64,000 bases of DNA, taken from contig CAWJSJ010000005.1 of the NCBI GenBank assembly GCA_963845565.1, forward strand, positions 896,001 to 960,000. Reading direction: 5' to 3'. Below the pieces are notes generated by a model. It had not been told where the DNA came from, made no database searches, and saw only the letters and a list, made by a program, of their open reading frames with translations. A program made the translations under genes and the position numbers. Each line of letters begins with the position of its first letter. The stretch's first letter is position 1. Positions 19,137-30,015 of this stretch are shown one piece after another. This DNA is from an uncultured Methylomirabilota bacterium (GTDB lineage Bacteria > Methylomirabilota > Methylomirabilia > Methylomirabilales > 2-02-FULL-66-22).

Positions 19137-19715
19137 CTAGGGGGTGAGGTCCGCGGCATATGCGAACATGATACCCGCAGCCCTCATCTCCGCCAGCGCC
19201 GCCGCACAGTCGCCGGGGTGCACCTCGACGCCCCGAATGGCGTCCTCGATCACGACCACATCGAGTCCGGCGTGCCGCGCATCCAGGGCGGTGGCCTTGA
19301 CGCAGTAGTCGGTCGCCAGGCCGCAGACGAACACTCGCCGGAGAGTGCTGGATTGCAATAGCCGGGCCAGTTCCGTCCCCTGAAAGCCCGAATACGCCTC
19401 GAAGTCCTTGCTGACCGCCTTGGAGACCACATGGCGGATCTGCGACACCTGCAACTCCGGATGGAATGCGGCTCCGTCCGTGTCGGCGACACAGTGCGCC
19501 GGCCAGATGCCCCCTTGGGCTTTGAAGGAGCAGTGATCGGGTGGGTGCCAGTCCCGGGTGGCGACGGTGACCCAATGCGTCAGGCCAAGCAGCCGATTGA
19601 TCACCGGGACGATCCGATCGCCCTGCGGGACCGCCAGCGCCCCGCCGGGGCAGAAGTCGCGCTGCACGTCCACGACGAGGAGGGCGTCTGTTTCCGGGTT
19701 GACGCGAATGGTCAT
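19137..19715 (-). CDS. pncA: nicotinamidase/pyrazinamidase
   Basis: VVDVQRDFCPGGALAV, DWHP, WPAHCV and GLATDYCV. Confidence 0.9.
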   Translation of the reverse strand: MTIRVNPETDALLVVDVQRDFCPGGALAVPQGDRIVPVINRLLGLTHWVTVATRDWHPPDHCSFKAQGGIWPAHCVADTDGAAFHPELQVSQIRHVVSKAVSKDFEAYSGFQGTELARLLQSSTLRRVFVCGLATDYCVKATALDARHAGLDVVVIEDAIRGVEVHPGDCAAALAEMRAAGIMFAYAADLTP

Positions 19716-20374
19716 AACGGGCTTCCGGATGCCCGCTGCCGCATCGCGACGGTGGCCGCCCGGGGGTCGGCGGCGCCGAAGATCGCCGATCCTGCGACCA
19801 GGATCGTTGCGCCGGCGTGGGCGACCTCGCGGCAATTCTCCAGGTTGATGCCTCCGTCCACTGCCAGTTCTGGCCGGGGACGCATCCGCTCCAGCCAGGA
19901 GTGCATGTCGGCGATCTTCTTGAGGACGAACGGAATGAAGGACTGCCCGCCGAACCCCGGATTCACCGACATCAGGAGGACGAGGTCCACCTGCTCCAGG
20001 ACGTGCTCCACCGCGTGGAGGGAGGTGGACGGGTTGAGAGCCACGCCCGCCTTCACGCCGGCCTCACGAATCTGTTGCAGGGTGCGATGGAGGTGGGGGC
20101 AGACCTCCGCGTGGACGGTCAGGTAGGCCGCCCCGGCCTTGGCGAAGGCGCCGATGTACCGGTCGGGGTGCTGGATCATCAGGTGGACATCCAGCGGGAG
20201 TCGCGTTCGCCGGTGGATGGCCTCGACGACCACGGGGCCGATCGTCAGGTTCGGGACGAAATGGCCGTCCATGACATCGACGTGCAGCAGGTCGGCCGCC
20301 GGCTCGACCTTCGCGATCTCCTCGCCCAGGGCGCCGAAGTCCGCGGACAGGATCGAGGGTGCGATCTTGGTCAT
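19712..20374 (-). CDS. rpe: ribulose-phosphate 3-epimerase
   Basis: IAPSILSADF, HVDVMDGHFVPNLT and MSVNPGFGGQ. Confidence 0.96.
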   Translation of the reverse strand: MTKIAPSILSADFGALGEEIAKVEPAADLLHVDVMDGHFVPNLTIGPVVVEAIHRRTRLPLDVHLMIQHPDRYIGAFAKAGAAYLTVHAEVCPHLHRTLQQIREAGVKAGVALNPSTSLHAVEHVLEQVDLVLLMSVNPGFGGQSFIPFVLKKIADMHSWLERMRPRPELAVDGGINLENCREVAHAGATILVAGSAIFGAADPRAATVAMRQRASGSPL

Positions 20375-20384
20375 GGGCGCCCCC

Positions 20385-21134
20385 CTATTCGCCGACGGTC
20401 AATTGCACTTGTCCGCCGACGGTGATCCGCGCGCCGGCCGGCGGGTCCTGGCTCACCACGTGCCCCTCGCGGGATGCCGCCTGCTGGAAACCGATCCGGG
20501 CCTCCAGTTGGAGCTCCTTCAAGAGGTTCAGGGCCACGACCAACTCCCGGCCGCGCAGATCGGGCATAATCAGGCCCTCTTCGAGCGGCCCCAGGCTTTG
20601 GAGCAATCGGATCGTCGCCCCCCGGGTCACGGGCGCACCCGCCGCAGGTTCCTGCGCGATGATCAGTTCTCGCGCGTGGGCGTCCGAGTGGATCGGCGTC
20701 ACCGGCCCAAGGATGAGGCCGGTCTCGGCCAGGATTCGCTTGGCCTGGGCCACCGTGACGCCGGCGAGATCGGGCGCCGCCAGTTGATCGGTCCCCCGAC
20801 TGAGGATCAGCCGCACCTCGCTGCCGAGCTTCAACCGCGTCCCGCGGGTGGGGCGCTGGTTGGCGACCCGGCCCCTGGCGATGGTGGCGCTGAACTCCTC
20901 GGCCACGACCCGCGGGGTAAGGCCGACCTCTCGGATCAACGCCTCGGCGGCCACGGAATCCAGGCCGATGGCGCGGGGGACCGCCACGCGGTCTTCCTCC
21001 AAGAACCAGAGCATGGCCACGTACCCGGACAGTACCGCGAGGGCCAGCAGGCCGACACAGATGGCGCCGGCCCGGACGAGCCGGTAGAGGCAGCCGGGGG
21101 ACCGGTTCGGCTCGCGTTCGCGAGGCGGTATCAT
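20385..21134 (-). CDS. membrane-anchored PASTA-domain protein (3 repeats)
   Basis: TM helix followed by repeats VPRAIG / APDLAG / MPDLRG, each with a Q.P.G motif. Confidence 0.82.
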   Translation of the reverse strand: MIPPREREPNRSPGCLYRLVRAGAICVGLLALAVLSGYVAMLWFLEEDRVAVPRAIGLDSVAAEALIREVGLTPRVVAEEFSATIARGRVANQRPTRGTRLKLGSEVRLILSRGTDQLAAPDLAGVTVAQAKRILAETGLILGPVTPIHSDAHARELIIAQEPAAGAPVTRGATIRLLQSLGPLEEGLIMPDLRGRELVVALNLLKELQLEARIGFQQAASREGHVVSQDPPAGARITVGGQVQLTVGE

Positions 21135-21160
21135 GGCCGGTGCACGCTCCTGCGATGACG

Positions 21161-22579
21161 TCACGACTGCCGCCGTAGCCGGGCCACGAAGAACCCGTCC
21201 GTGTCGTGCCGGTGGGGCCAGGCGCGCAGGATTCCATCCACGGCCGGATCGGCGAAGGGCTGCAAGGCCGGACCCGGCGCCTCCAGGGAAAATCCCGGGT
21301 GGCTCCTCAGAAAATCGTGGACCACGTGATCGGTCTCCTCCGGTTCCAGGCTGCAGGTACTGTACACCAGAAGCCCCCCAACGGCCACAGCGCCGGCCGC
21401 GCCGGCGAGCAGTTCGGCCTGGAGGGTGGCGGTCTGGGTGAAATCTTCCGGCCGGCGCCGCCACTTGATCTCGGGCCGTCGTCGGGCGGTGCCCAGGCCA
21501 CTGCACGGGGCGTCCAGAAGAACACGGGCGAACCGTCCTGGCCAGGCACGGCCGGCGCCACGCGCATCGTAAAGCTTCGCCTCCACGCTGGCAAGACCTA
21601 AGCGCGTCCGGGCCGAGGAAAGGCGCCGGATCGCCCGAGGGCTCCGGTCCAGCGCCAGCACCTTTCCGGTCGCGCCGACGCCGGCGGCGATGAGGGCGCT
21701 CTTCCCTCCGCCTCCGGCGCAGGCATCCAAGACGTGCTGGCCGTCGCGCAAGTCCAGCGCCAGGACCGGCAGCGCCGCGGCCTCGTCCATGGGGATCAGC
21801 AACCCCGCGTCGAAGTCGGGCAACTCACGGGGACTGCCGGCGCCGCGGAGGGTGAAGCTGCCGGGGACGAACCGTCCTGGTGTCGCCCTCGGGGACGCCG
21901 CGTTCAAAGCCTGCGCCGCACCGGCGATGCTGCCGCGGAGGCGGTTCACCACCACCGTGAGGGGGGGTACCCGGTTATTGGCGGCCATCAGCTCGCCGGC
22001 CTCGGTGGGGCCGAGACGGCGGATCCACCGATCCGCCAGCCACGACGGGTGGGAGCCAGGACCCGCCCAATACGCGCCGGGTTCGCCGACCGGATCCGGC
22101 TCGGCACGCCGGGGTTCGCGCGCCATTCGGCGCAGGACTGCGTTCACGTATCCGGCGGCGCGACCCGCACCACCGGCACGTGCCAGGGTGACCGTTTCGT
22201 CCACCGCAGCGAAATCCGGGATGCGGGTCAGGCAGGTGAGCTGGTAGGTACCGAGGCGGAGCAACACGCGGACCACTGGGTCCAGGGCGGCCACCGGCCG
22301 ATCCAGGCACGGGGCGAGCAGCCAATCCAGTCTGCCCTGCCAGCGCAGGACGCCGTATACCAGTTCGGTCGCCAAGGCGCGATCCGGGCGATCCAGCCGG
22401 CCGCTTTGCAGACGCGCATCCAGGAGGATGTTGGCATACGCGTCGGTGGCCTCGACCCGAAGCAGCACGTCCAAGGCGGTTCGTCGGGCCCCGGCGGGTT
22501 CCCCCGCCGGGGACGACCGGGTTATCCCGCGCGGATCGGGGCTCCGGTCTCCCGGCCGCGCCGAGGTCGTCCTAGCCAC
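21161..22579 (-). CDS. rsmB: 16S rRNA m5C967 methyltransferase RsmB/Sun
   Basis: NusB-like N-terminus, LDACAGGGGKS, LDAPCSGLG, YSTCSLEPEE and DGFF. Confidence 0.92.
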   Translation of the reverse strand: MARTTSARPGDRSPDPRGITRSSPAGEPAGARRTALDVLLRVEATDAYANILLDARLQSGRLDRPDRALATELVYGVLRWQGRLDWLLAPCLDRPVAALDPVVRVLLRLGTYQLTCLTRIPDFAAVDETVTLARAGGAGRAAGYVNAVLRRMAREPRRAEPDPVGEPGAYWAGPGSHPSWLADRWIRRLGPTEAGELMAANNRVPPLTVVVNRLRGSIAGAAQALNAASPRATPGRFVPGSFTLRGAGSPRELPDFDAGLLIPMDEAAALPVLALDLRDGQHVLDACAGGGGKSALIAAGVGATGKVLALDRSPRAIRRLSSARTRLGLASVEAKLYDARGAGRAWPGRFARVLLDAPCSGLGTARRRPEIKWRRRPEDFTQTATLQAELLAGAAGAVAVGGLLVYSTCSLEPEETDHVVHDFLRSHPGFSLEAPGPALQPFADPAVDGILRAWPHRHDTDGFFVARLRRQS

Positions 22580-23498
22580 AACGCATTCCCGTCTGGAGTC
22601 GCTGCCCCCGGGCGAACTCGGCGCCCGTCATCCGCCGCTTGCCTTCGGGCTGGACCTCCAGCAGGGCCACGGCCCCCTCGCCGGTCCCGAGCACGACCGC
22701 GGCGTCCTCGACGCCGAGAATCACGCCCTGTGGGGCGCTCGCCGGGCGCGCCTCGGCCCTCAAGATCCGGAGCCGCTTCCCTTCCGGCATCACGAGATAG
22801 GCGCCGGGCGTCGGCGACAGGCCGCGGATCCGATTCACCAGGGCCGTGGGCGGCCCTGCCAGTTCCAGGCGACAGTCGGCGTCGCCGAGCTTCGGGGCAA
22901 CGCTGACCCGGGTTTCGTCCTGCGGGATCCAGGCGCCGCTGCCGACCGAGAGGAGATGGAGCGCATCGGACAGGGCCTCGGCCCCCAGGGCGGCCAGACG
23001 GTCATGGAGGATTCCCGTGTCGTCGTCGGGCAGGATCGGACAGGTGCGCTGGAGCAGGATGGGCCCGGCGTCCATCCGCCCCTCGACCCGCATGATGGTG
23101 ACGCCCGTCTCGTCGTCCCCGGCCATCACGGCACGATGGATGGGGGCGGCCCCCCGATACTTCGGGAGAAGCGAGGCGTGGACGTTGATACAGCCCAGCG
23201 GCGGGAACTCGCGCACGGCACGCGGGAGGAATTGCCCAAACGCCACCACCACGGCGATCTCGGGGTGCGCCTGGCGCACGGCTTCCAGGAAGCGCGGATC
23301 ACTCACCCGCTCGGGTTGGACCAGAGGCAGACCGTGCCGTTCCGCCGCCAGCTTGACGGGCGGCGGACGCAGGTCTCGACCGCGGCCGGCTGGGCGATCG
23401 GGCTGGGTCGCCACCAAGCCGACCGTGTGGCCGTCGGTCACCAATCGGTCGAGAGAGGGGACCGCAAAATCCGGGCTTCCCATGAAGATCAGTCGCAT
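22572..23498 (-). CDS. fmt: methionyl-tRNA formyltransferase
   Basis: FMGSPDFA, QPDRPAGRG and NVHASLLPKYRGAAPI. Confidence 0.96.
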   Translation of the reverse strand: MRLIFMGSPDFAVPSLDRLVTDGHTVGLVATQPDRPAGRGRDLRPPPVKLAAERHGLPLVQPERVSDPRFLEAVRQAHPEIAVVVAFGQFLPRAVREFPPLGCINVHASLLPKYRGAAPIHRAVMAGDDETGVTIMRVEGRMDAGPILLQRTCPILPDDDTGILHDRLAALGAEALSDALHLLSVGSGAWIPQDETRVSVAPKLGDADCRLELAGPPTALVNRIRGLSPTPGAYLVMPEGKRLRILRAEARPASAPQGVILGVEDAAVVLGTGEGAVALLEVQPEGKRRMTGAEFARGQRLQTGMRCG

Positions 23499-23531
23499 CG
23501 GTCGTCCCACGGGGGCCAGAGGTGTCTGGAC

Positions 23532-24023
23532 TCAGGCGATCAGGGAGCGGATCCTCTCGTCCATCCGTTGCCGATGAGTTCCCGGCCAGTAGATCCGTCC
23601 ACAGGCTGGGCACCCCCAGAAGCTGTCGTGGTGGCTCCAGACAAATTCGGGAACGCGCCCGGCGGCCTCCGCCTTGGTCCGTGACTCCAAAATCACGTTA
23701 CAGCGCGCGCAACGGCGCGGCGCCGACGACGCGGGCACCAGACGGCACGCCGCCATCACCTGGCGCAGTTGTGCCATGACCCGGTCGTCACGAATGAACA
23801 GGTGCGGCGGCAAGCCGCGACGCCGGAGGATCCCGGTGTCTCGGGTCAGAAGGATACGCCTATCCTCTTGAGCCTTGGCGATCAGATCGGCGTCCGCGCC
23901 GCGGAAGTACTCGGCGTCGTAACCCAGAATACGTAACCAGGTCGCCAGCCGCCCGAGCATGGTGTCCGCGAGGAAACGTGGAGCATCCCCAGGCCGATCG
24001 CCGACCGACACGTCGCGCGCCAT
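23532..24023 (-). CDS. Mut7-C RNase domain (PIN-like + Zn ribbon) protein
   Basis: FLADTMLGRLATWLRILGYD, LLTRD, RCARCN and CPACGRIYWPGTH. Confidence 0.88.
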   Translation of the reverse strand: MARDVSVGDRPGDAPRFLADTMLGRLATWLRILGYDAEYFRGADADLIAKAQEDRRILLTRDTGILRRRGLPPHLFIRDDRVMAQLRQVMAACRLVPASSAPRRCARCNVILESRTKAEAAGRVPEFVWSHHDSFWGCPACGRIYWPGTHRQRMDERIRSLIA

Positions 24024-24205
24024 ATGAAGAGGGTAGCACATTCGCTACGGATTTGGCAGGGCGTGCCGAACGCTTTGGCAGGCACCCCCCGTTGTTGCCG
24101 GGGGGGTACGTGACACCCTTCCAGTTCCGCGAGCGCGCTAGTTGCCCGGTCGCTCCGATCCTCACGCCGTGTGATGTGGTCTTTCGGTCCTGTTCGGTAC
24201 GCGGC

Positions 24206-24234
24206 TTGACAGGGTGCGACCTCGCCCCTAGACT
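24206..24234 (+). promoter_or_regulatory. sigma70-like promoter of the hybrid kinase
   Basis: TTGACA-N17-TAGACT. Confidence 0.6.
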
Positions 24235-24364
24235 GCCGGAGGCTGGCCAGGGCATTGGAAGCGCGCCGGGTGGTTCGCGCATCCGACGCGACGTCCGGCA
24301 CGCCACCGACTGAGTTGCGCGCCAGGTCGAGCCACCCCAAACGTCCGTCGCGGGAGACCACCCC

Positions 24365-27300
24365 ATGGGATCGCCCACCCCCGCCGAACTCCTCGCCGAG
24401 ATCGCCGCGCTGCGAGGGCGCGCGGGCGGGCTCGAGCGGCATCAGCGGGAACTCACGGCCCTGCTCCGGGCCCACGAAGCCATCACCTCGTCGCTGGACC
24501 TCGAGCAAAGCCTCCGCGCCATCGTCGACCAGGCCTCGACCATCGCCGGCGGAAGCGACACGTGGCTGTACGTGCTGGACGAAGAGCGGAAGACGCTGCG
24601 TTGCCGCGTGAGCATCAGCATGTCGCGAGAAGAGATGGACGGGCTGGTCATGCAGGTCGGCGAGGGGATCGCCGGACGGATCGCCCTGAACCGCGCGCCG
24701 CTGGCGATTTCGGATATCCGCACCCACCCGCATCTCTGGCGACCGGACCTCGCGGCGAAGCACCGTCACGTCTCCTATCTCGGCCTGCCGATCATGCGCG
24801 GGGACCAGGTCCTGGGCGTGCTCGCCTTCAGCAATCCGGAGCCCCGGATCTACGCGGAAGCGGAGGTCGCGTTTCTGGCGGTGTTCGCGCGCCAGGCGGC
24901 CATCACCATCGAGAACGCCCGGCTGTACGAGGCGGCGCGGCGGGAGCTGGCCGAGCGGGGCCGCGCGGAAGCGTCGCTTCGGGAGAGCGAGGAGCGGTAT
25001 CGGCGCATTACCGCCGCCGTGAGCGACTACATCTACACGGTGCGCGTGGAGCCCGGCGGACCGGTGGAGACGTGGCACGGGCCGGGCTGTGTGGCGGTGA
25101 CGGGTTACGCCAGCGCAGAGTTTGCCGCCGATCCGGAGCTGTGGATTCGTATGGTGGATGAGGCCGACCGCGATGCCGTGCGCGCGCAGGCGCGCCGGGT
25201 CCAAGCGGGCGAGGAGACCCCGCCTCTCGAGCACCGGATCACGCGTAAGGATGGGGCCAAGCGATGGGTGCGGAACACCCCCGTCCTGCATCGGGATGCA
25301 CAGGGGCGCGTGCTTTCCTACGACGGTCTGATCCGGGATGTGACCGAGCGACGGCTGGCAGAGGACGCGCTCCGTTCACGGACGGCGCAGCTCGAGGCGG
25401 TGCGTGCCATCGGCGAAGAGATCACGCGCGAGCTGGACCTCCAGGCGCTGCTTGCCCTGATCGTGCGACGAGCCACGGAGCTGATCGGGGCGCGCGCAGG
25501 GGCGATCCTCTTGTGGGATGCAGAGGCCGAGCTGCTGGTGCCCAGCGCATGGCACGGGTTCAGCGACTGGCAAAACCAGCAGCGCCTTCGCCTTGGGGAA
25601 GGGCTGGTCGGTACGGTGGCCAAACGGCGGACAGGGATGATCGTCAATGACTACCGCGATTGGCCGGATGCCCTCCGCTTGACCCTCGAGCACTCCTCCA
25701 TCACTGCCGCCCTGGCGGAGCCACTCTTGCACAGGGATCGTCTCTTGGGTGTGATCGCCCTCAGTGACGAGGGGACCGGACGGGTGTTCGCAAAACAGGA
25801 TCAAGAGACGCTCGCCCTCTTGGCTGCACACGCCGTGATCGCCATCGAGAACGCGCGCCTGTACGCAGCCGCGGTCCGTCGGGGGTCAGAGCTCGAGGCC
25901 CTGGTCTCCGCGGTGCGTTCCGTCACCTCCGGTCTGGAGCTGCAGGAGATCTTCGACCGGATTCTCGCCGAGGCGGCGCGGATGAGCGGCGCGCCGCACG
26001 TCAAGGTGCTCCTGCTGGACAAAGCCGCCGGCGTGCTCCGCATTGGGGCGCGCCAGGGCTCGTCTATGCCCGAGGGCTATGCACTCCCCCTCGGCGTCGG
26101 CTCGTCGGGGATCGTCGCCCGGACAGGCAAGCCCCTCTTTATGGCGGATGCCCAGCACGATCCTCGGACCATCTTCGCAGAGCAGGACCGAGATCTCGGG
26201 ATCGTCACCTACCTCGGTCTTCCGATCAAGCGCGGGGAGGAGGTCCTGGGCGTTCTCACGTTCAACACCACGCAGCCCCACCGGTACACCGCGGACGAGA
26301 TGGCCTACCTGGCCTCGTTCGCCGATCAGGCCGCCGTCGCCATCGAAAACGCCCGGCTGTTTCGCGAAGAGCGGGAACGGCGCATGCAGCTGGAGGCGGT
26401 CCGCACGATCAACGCGGAGATGACGCGCGAACTCGACCTGCCGGCGCTCCTGCGACTGTTCGTGGGCCGGGCGATGGAGCTCGTGCGTGCGGCCGGGTGT
26501 GGCGTGTGGCTGTGGGACGCGGAGCTCCACCTGCTCGCGCCCCACGCCTGGGAGGGGCCGGACTGGATCACGGACGTCCGCCTGCGCCTCGGCGAAGGCG
26601 TGATCGGGGAGGCGGCGCGCCGCGGCGAGGGGGTGATGGTCAATGATTACGTCCGCTCTCCCTTGGCGCATCCGCTCTGGGTGGAGCGGACCCAGACCCG
26701 CGCGGTCATCGCGGAACCGCTCCGCTACCGCGACCGGCTGCTGGGGGTGATCGCGGCCAATCGGGAGGGAGCCGGCGAACCGTTCCGGTCCGAGGACCTG
26801 CAGGCGCTCCGACTGCTGGCCGATCACGCGGCCATCGCCATCGAGAAGGCGCAGCTCTTCCAGGAGTTGAATCAGTCTTATGCCAACCTGCAGAAGGCGC
26901 AGGACGACCTGATCCGGGCCGAGAAACTCCGGGCCCTGGGCCAGATGAGCGCCGGGATCGCCCACGACCTGAACAACATGCTGGCGGCGATCCTGGGGCA
27001 GGTGGAGTTGCTGCGGCTGCGCGCGCGGGACTCCGAGGTGCAAGAGGGACTGCGGACGCTGGAGACGGCCGCGACCGATGGCGCGCACGTCGTCCGGCGC
27101 CTGCAGGATTTTGCCCGGCAGCGTGGACGGTCTCCCCTCGCCTCCATCGATCTGGCGGAGGTCGTCACCGAAGCGCTGGAGATCACGCGCCCTCGCTGGC
27201 GGGACGAGGTCCAGCGGCAAGGCCGCGTCATCGAGGTCCAGGTGCACCTCGCGGACCTCCCGCCGATCCTCGGCTATGCCCCGGAGGTACGGGAGGTCCT

Positions 27301-28090
27301 GACCAACCTGATCCTGAATGCGGTGGACGCCATGCCCACCGGGGGGACGCTCTGCCTCGCGGCGGAGGTGATGAAGGCGGTGGAGTCCGCCTCCCAGCCG
27401 AGCCTGCCTGGTGTCGATCTGCCGTCGGAGGTCGAGCTCCAGGTGACGGACACCGGCATCGGGATGTCGGAGGAGGTCCGCCAGCGGATCTTCGACCCGT
27501 TCTTCACGACCAAGGGTGGGCGGGGAAGTGGATTGGGGCTCTCGCTGGCGTACGGGATCATGGAGCGGCACGGCGGACGCATCGAGGCGCGGAGCATTCC
27601 CGGTCGGGGCACGACCTTCACGCTTCGGTTCCGGACGGCGCCGAAAAAGGACGCGGCGGCGCCCCAGGAGCCCACCGAGCGACAACTGATTCCGCGGCGG
27701 CTTCTCGTCGTGGACGACGATCCCATGGTCCGGCAGACGATCGCCGGCCTCCTCCGTGCCTCGGGCCACCTGGTCACCGAGGCGGACGGGGGCGCCGCCG
27801 GGATCGCCCAGCTGGAGGAGACGTCGGTGGATCTGGTGTTCACCGACCTCGGCATGCCGGAGGTGACCGGCTGGGATGTGGCCCGGGCCGTCCGGGCGCG
27901 GCGCCCGGGCCTTCCCATCGTGCTCCTCACGGGGTGGGGAGAGCACGGGACGGGGGAGGCCCAACCGGCCGGCCTGGTGGACCGCATCCTGGGCAAGCCG
28001 GTCCGCCTCGAGGATTTGCTCGCCGTGGTCGACGAACTCACGACGGTCGAGCCGCCCGAAGGTTCGCGGGACGCCACGCCGGGGAACTGA
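24365..28090 (+). CDS. cytoplasmic hybrid sensor kinase GAF-PAS-GAF-GAF-GAF-HisKA-HATPase-REC
   Basis: Four AIENA/AIEKA GAF ends, PAS/PAC (DVTERR), H-box AHDLNN, NAVDAM, DTGIGM, GSGLGL and receiver DLGMP. Confidence 0.92.
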   Translation: MGSPTPAELLAEIAALRGRAGGLERHQRELTALLRAHEAITSSLDLEQSLRAIVDQASTIAGGSDTWLYVLDEERKTLRCRVSISMSREEMDGLVMQVGEGIAGRIALNRAPLAISDIRTHPHLWRPDLAAKHRHVSYLGLPIMRGDQVLGVLAFSNPEPRIYAEAEVAFLAVFARQAAITIENARLYEAARRELAERGRAEASLRESEERYRRITAAVSDYIYTVRVEPGGPVETWHGPGCVAVTGYASAEFAADPELWIRMVDEADRDAVRAQARRVQAGEETPPLEHRITRKDGAKRWVRNTPVLHRDAQGRVLSYDGLIRDVTERRLAEDALRSRTAQLEAVRAIGEEITRELDLQALLALIVRRATELIGARAGAILLWDAEAELLVPSAWHGFSDWQNQQRLRLGEGLVGTVAKRRTGMIVNDYRDWPDALRLTLEHSSITAALAEPLLHRDRLLGVIALSDEGTGRVFAKQDQETLALLAAHAVIAIENARLYAAAVRRGSELEALVSAVRSVTSGLELQEIFDRILAEAARMSGAPHVKVLLLDKAAGVLRIGARQGSSMPEGYALPLGVGSSGIVARTGKPLFMADAQHDPRTIFAEQDRDLGIVTYLGLPIKRGEEVLGVLTFNTTQPHRYTADEMAYLASFADQAAVAIENARLFREERERRMQLEAVRTINAEMTRELDLPALLRLFVGRAMELVRAAGCGVWLWDAELHLLAPHAWEGPDWITDVRLRLGEGVIGEAARRGEGVMVNDYVRSPLAHPLWVERTQTRAVIAEPLRYRDRLLGVIAANREGAGEPFRSEDLQALRLLADHAAIAIEKAQLFQELNQSYANLQKAQDDLIRAEKLRALGQMSAGIAHDLNNMLAAILGQVELLRLRARDSEVQEGLRTLETAATDGAHVVRRLQDFARQRGRSPLASIDLAEVVTEALEITRPRWRDEVQRQGRVIEVQVHLADLPPILGYAPEVREVLTNLILNAVDAMPTGGTLCLAAEVMKAVESASQPSLPGVDLPSEVELQVTDTGIGMSEEVRQRIFDPFFTTKGGRGSGLGLSLAYGIMERHGGRIEARSIPGRGTTFTLRFRTAPKKDAAAPQEPTERQLIPRRLLVVDDDPMVRQTIAGLLRASGHLVTEADGGAAGIAQLEETSVDLVFTDLGMPEVTGWDVARAVRARRPGLPIVLLTGWGEHGTGEAQPAGLVDRILGKPVRLEDLLAVVDELTTVEPPEGSRDATPGN

Positions 28091-28230
28091 GCGCCGGCCC
28101 GCGGGCGGCGTCCGGCGCTGCGGCAGGTGGCGTCGCCCGGTGTGGGCGTCTTGGCCTCGCCGCTTGCATTGTCCGTCCTCGCGTAGCACAATCACTCACG
28201 CTGAGTCCGATACCCAACATCCCGCGACCT

Positions 28231-30013
28231 GTGAGGCGTCCCATCCGTAGGTTGTTCCAGCACGTCCGGCCAATCCTCCGCCGGCATCGCCGGTTGCTCC
28301 TCCTCGGCATCGTGGCGCTTCTGGCCACGGATGTCGTGCACCTCTTGATCCCGTGGTTCACCCGACAGGCGATCGACAACCTGTCCCGCGAGCCGGGCGG
28401 GCGCTGGGGGCTGCTGGTGTTCCCCGGGCTGATCGCGCTGGCGGCGTGCGCCCAGGGGGTCTTCCGGTACTTCTGGCGTACCAACGTCTTCGGCTTCTCT
28501 CGCCATATCGAGTGGGATCTGCGGAACCAGCTCTTCGCCCACCTGCAGCGACTCCCACTGGCCTACTTCCAGCGGATGAAGACGGGTGAGCTGATGTCGC
28601 GGCTTACCAACGATCTGGCGTCGGTTCGGGAGATGCTGGGCATCGGCGCCGTGGCGGCGCTGGACGGAGCGGTCCTGATCCTGGCGGCGCTGCCCCTGAT
28701 GATCGGGATCGATCCCTGGCTCACCCTCTGGTCGCTCTGCGCGCTGCCCGGGATCACGGCGCTGGTGCTGGGGTTCGGGAATCGCATGCACCGGGGCTAC
28801 CGGGAGGTCCAGCAGCAGCTCGGGCAGCTCAGCATCTTCGTGCAGGAGAACCTGGGCGGCATCCGGGTGGTCCAGGCGCACGCTCAGGAAGAGAACCGGC
28901 AGGCCCGGTTCCGAGCGCTGAGCGCCGAGTACATGCGCAAGAATCTGGTTACAGCGCGGATGAGCGGCGCGCTCTGGCCGTTGATCGCGGTGTTCTCCGG
29001 CCTGGGGGGGGCGGTGGTCCTCTGGTTGGGTGGGAGGCAGGTGCTCCTGGGGACGCTGACGATCGGCCAGTTCGTCCAGTTCAACGGCTACCTGGCCATG
29101 CTGACCTGGCCGGTGATGGCCATCGGGTACGTCGTGAATCTGTACCAGCGCGGCTCGGCCGCGCTCCACAGACTGGTTGAGATCCTGGAGACGCCTGTCG
29201 CCGCCACGCACCTGACGCCCGACGACGGGTCACCGCGGCGGCTCGACGGGGCCATCGAATTCCGCGACCTGTCGTTTCGCTACGGTCCGGAAACGCCCTG
29301 GATCCTCCGGGAGATCCGGCTTCGCGTGCCGGCGGGGAGCTCGGTGGCCATCGTGGGAGAGGTCGGGGCGGGCAAGAGTACGCTGGTCCACCTGATCGCC
29401 CGGCTCTTCGAGGCGCCCGAGGGTGCGCTGTTTCTAGACGGGCGCGACATCCGCAGCATCCCTCTTTCCAGGTTACGCGCATCCATCGGGCTGGTGACGC
29501 AGGACATCTTTCTCTTCTCCGAGACCATCGGCGAGAACATCCTCTTCGGCCGCCCCGACGCCACGCTGCAGGACATGGAGGAGGCGGCCCGCATCGCGGG
29601 GCTCTTGCCCAGCGTCCAGGAATTCGCCGACCGGTTCGACACGCTGCTGGGCGAGCGCGGCGTCCGCCTGTCGGGCGGGCAAAAACAACGGACCGCGCTG
29701 GCCCGCGCGCTGATCGCGCGGCCGCCCATCCTGATCCTGGACGACGCCTTCTCCAGCGTGGACGTCCAGACGGAGGAAGCCATCCTGCGCGAGCTGCGAG
29801 CCGTCATGGTCGGGTCGGACGACCATCCTGATCTCGCACCGTATCTCCACGGTCAAGGATGCGGACCAGATCGTGTACCTGAAGGACGGCCGCATCGTCG
29901 AGCAAGGCACGCATCAGGAACTCCTGGCCCGCGAGGGGCATTATTGCCGCCTGTACCAGCGGCAGCTCCTGGCGAATGAGCTGGAGGCGCTGGCCGAGAG
30001 GGAGAACGGCTGA
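28231..30013 (+). CDS. ABC exporter permease/ATPase, subunit A (MdlA-like); frameshift near 29815
   Basis: [16 protein letters not shown] and [10 protein letters not shown]. The C-terminus ([12 protein letters not shown]) continues in another frame to TGA at 30013. Confidence 0.88.
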
Positions 30014-30015
30014 GC

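Noticed and set aside
25886..28195. 769-aa antisense ORF
   Set aside because: Shadow of the kinase gene, expected from high-GC codon bias; no motifs.
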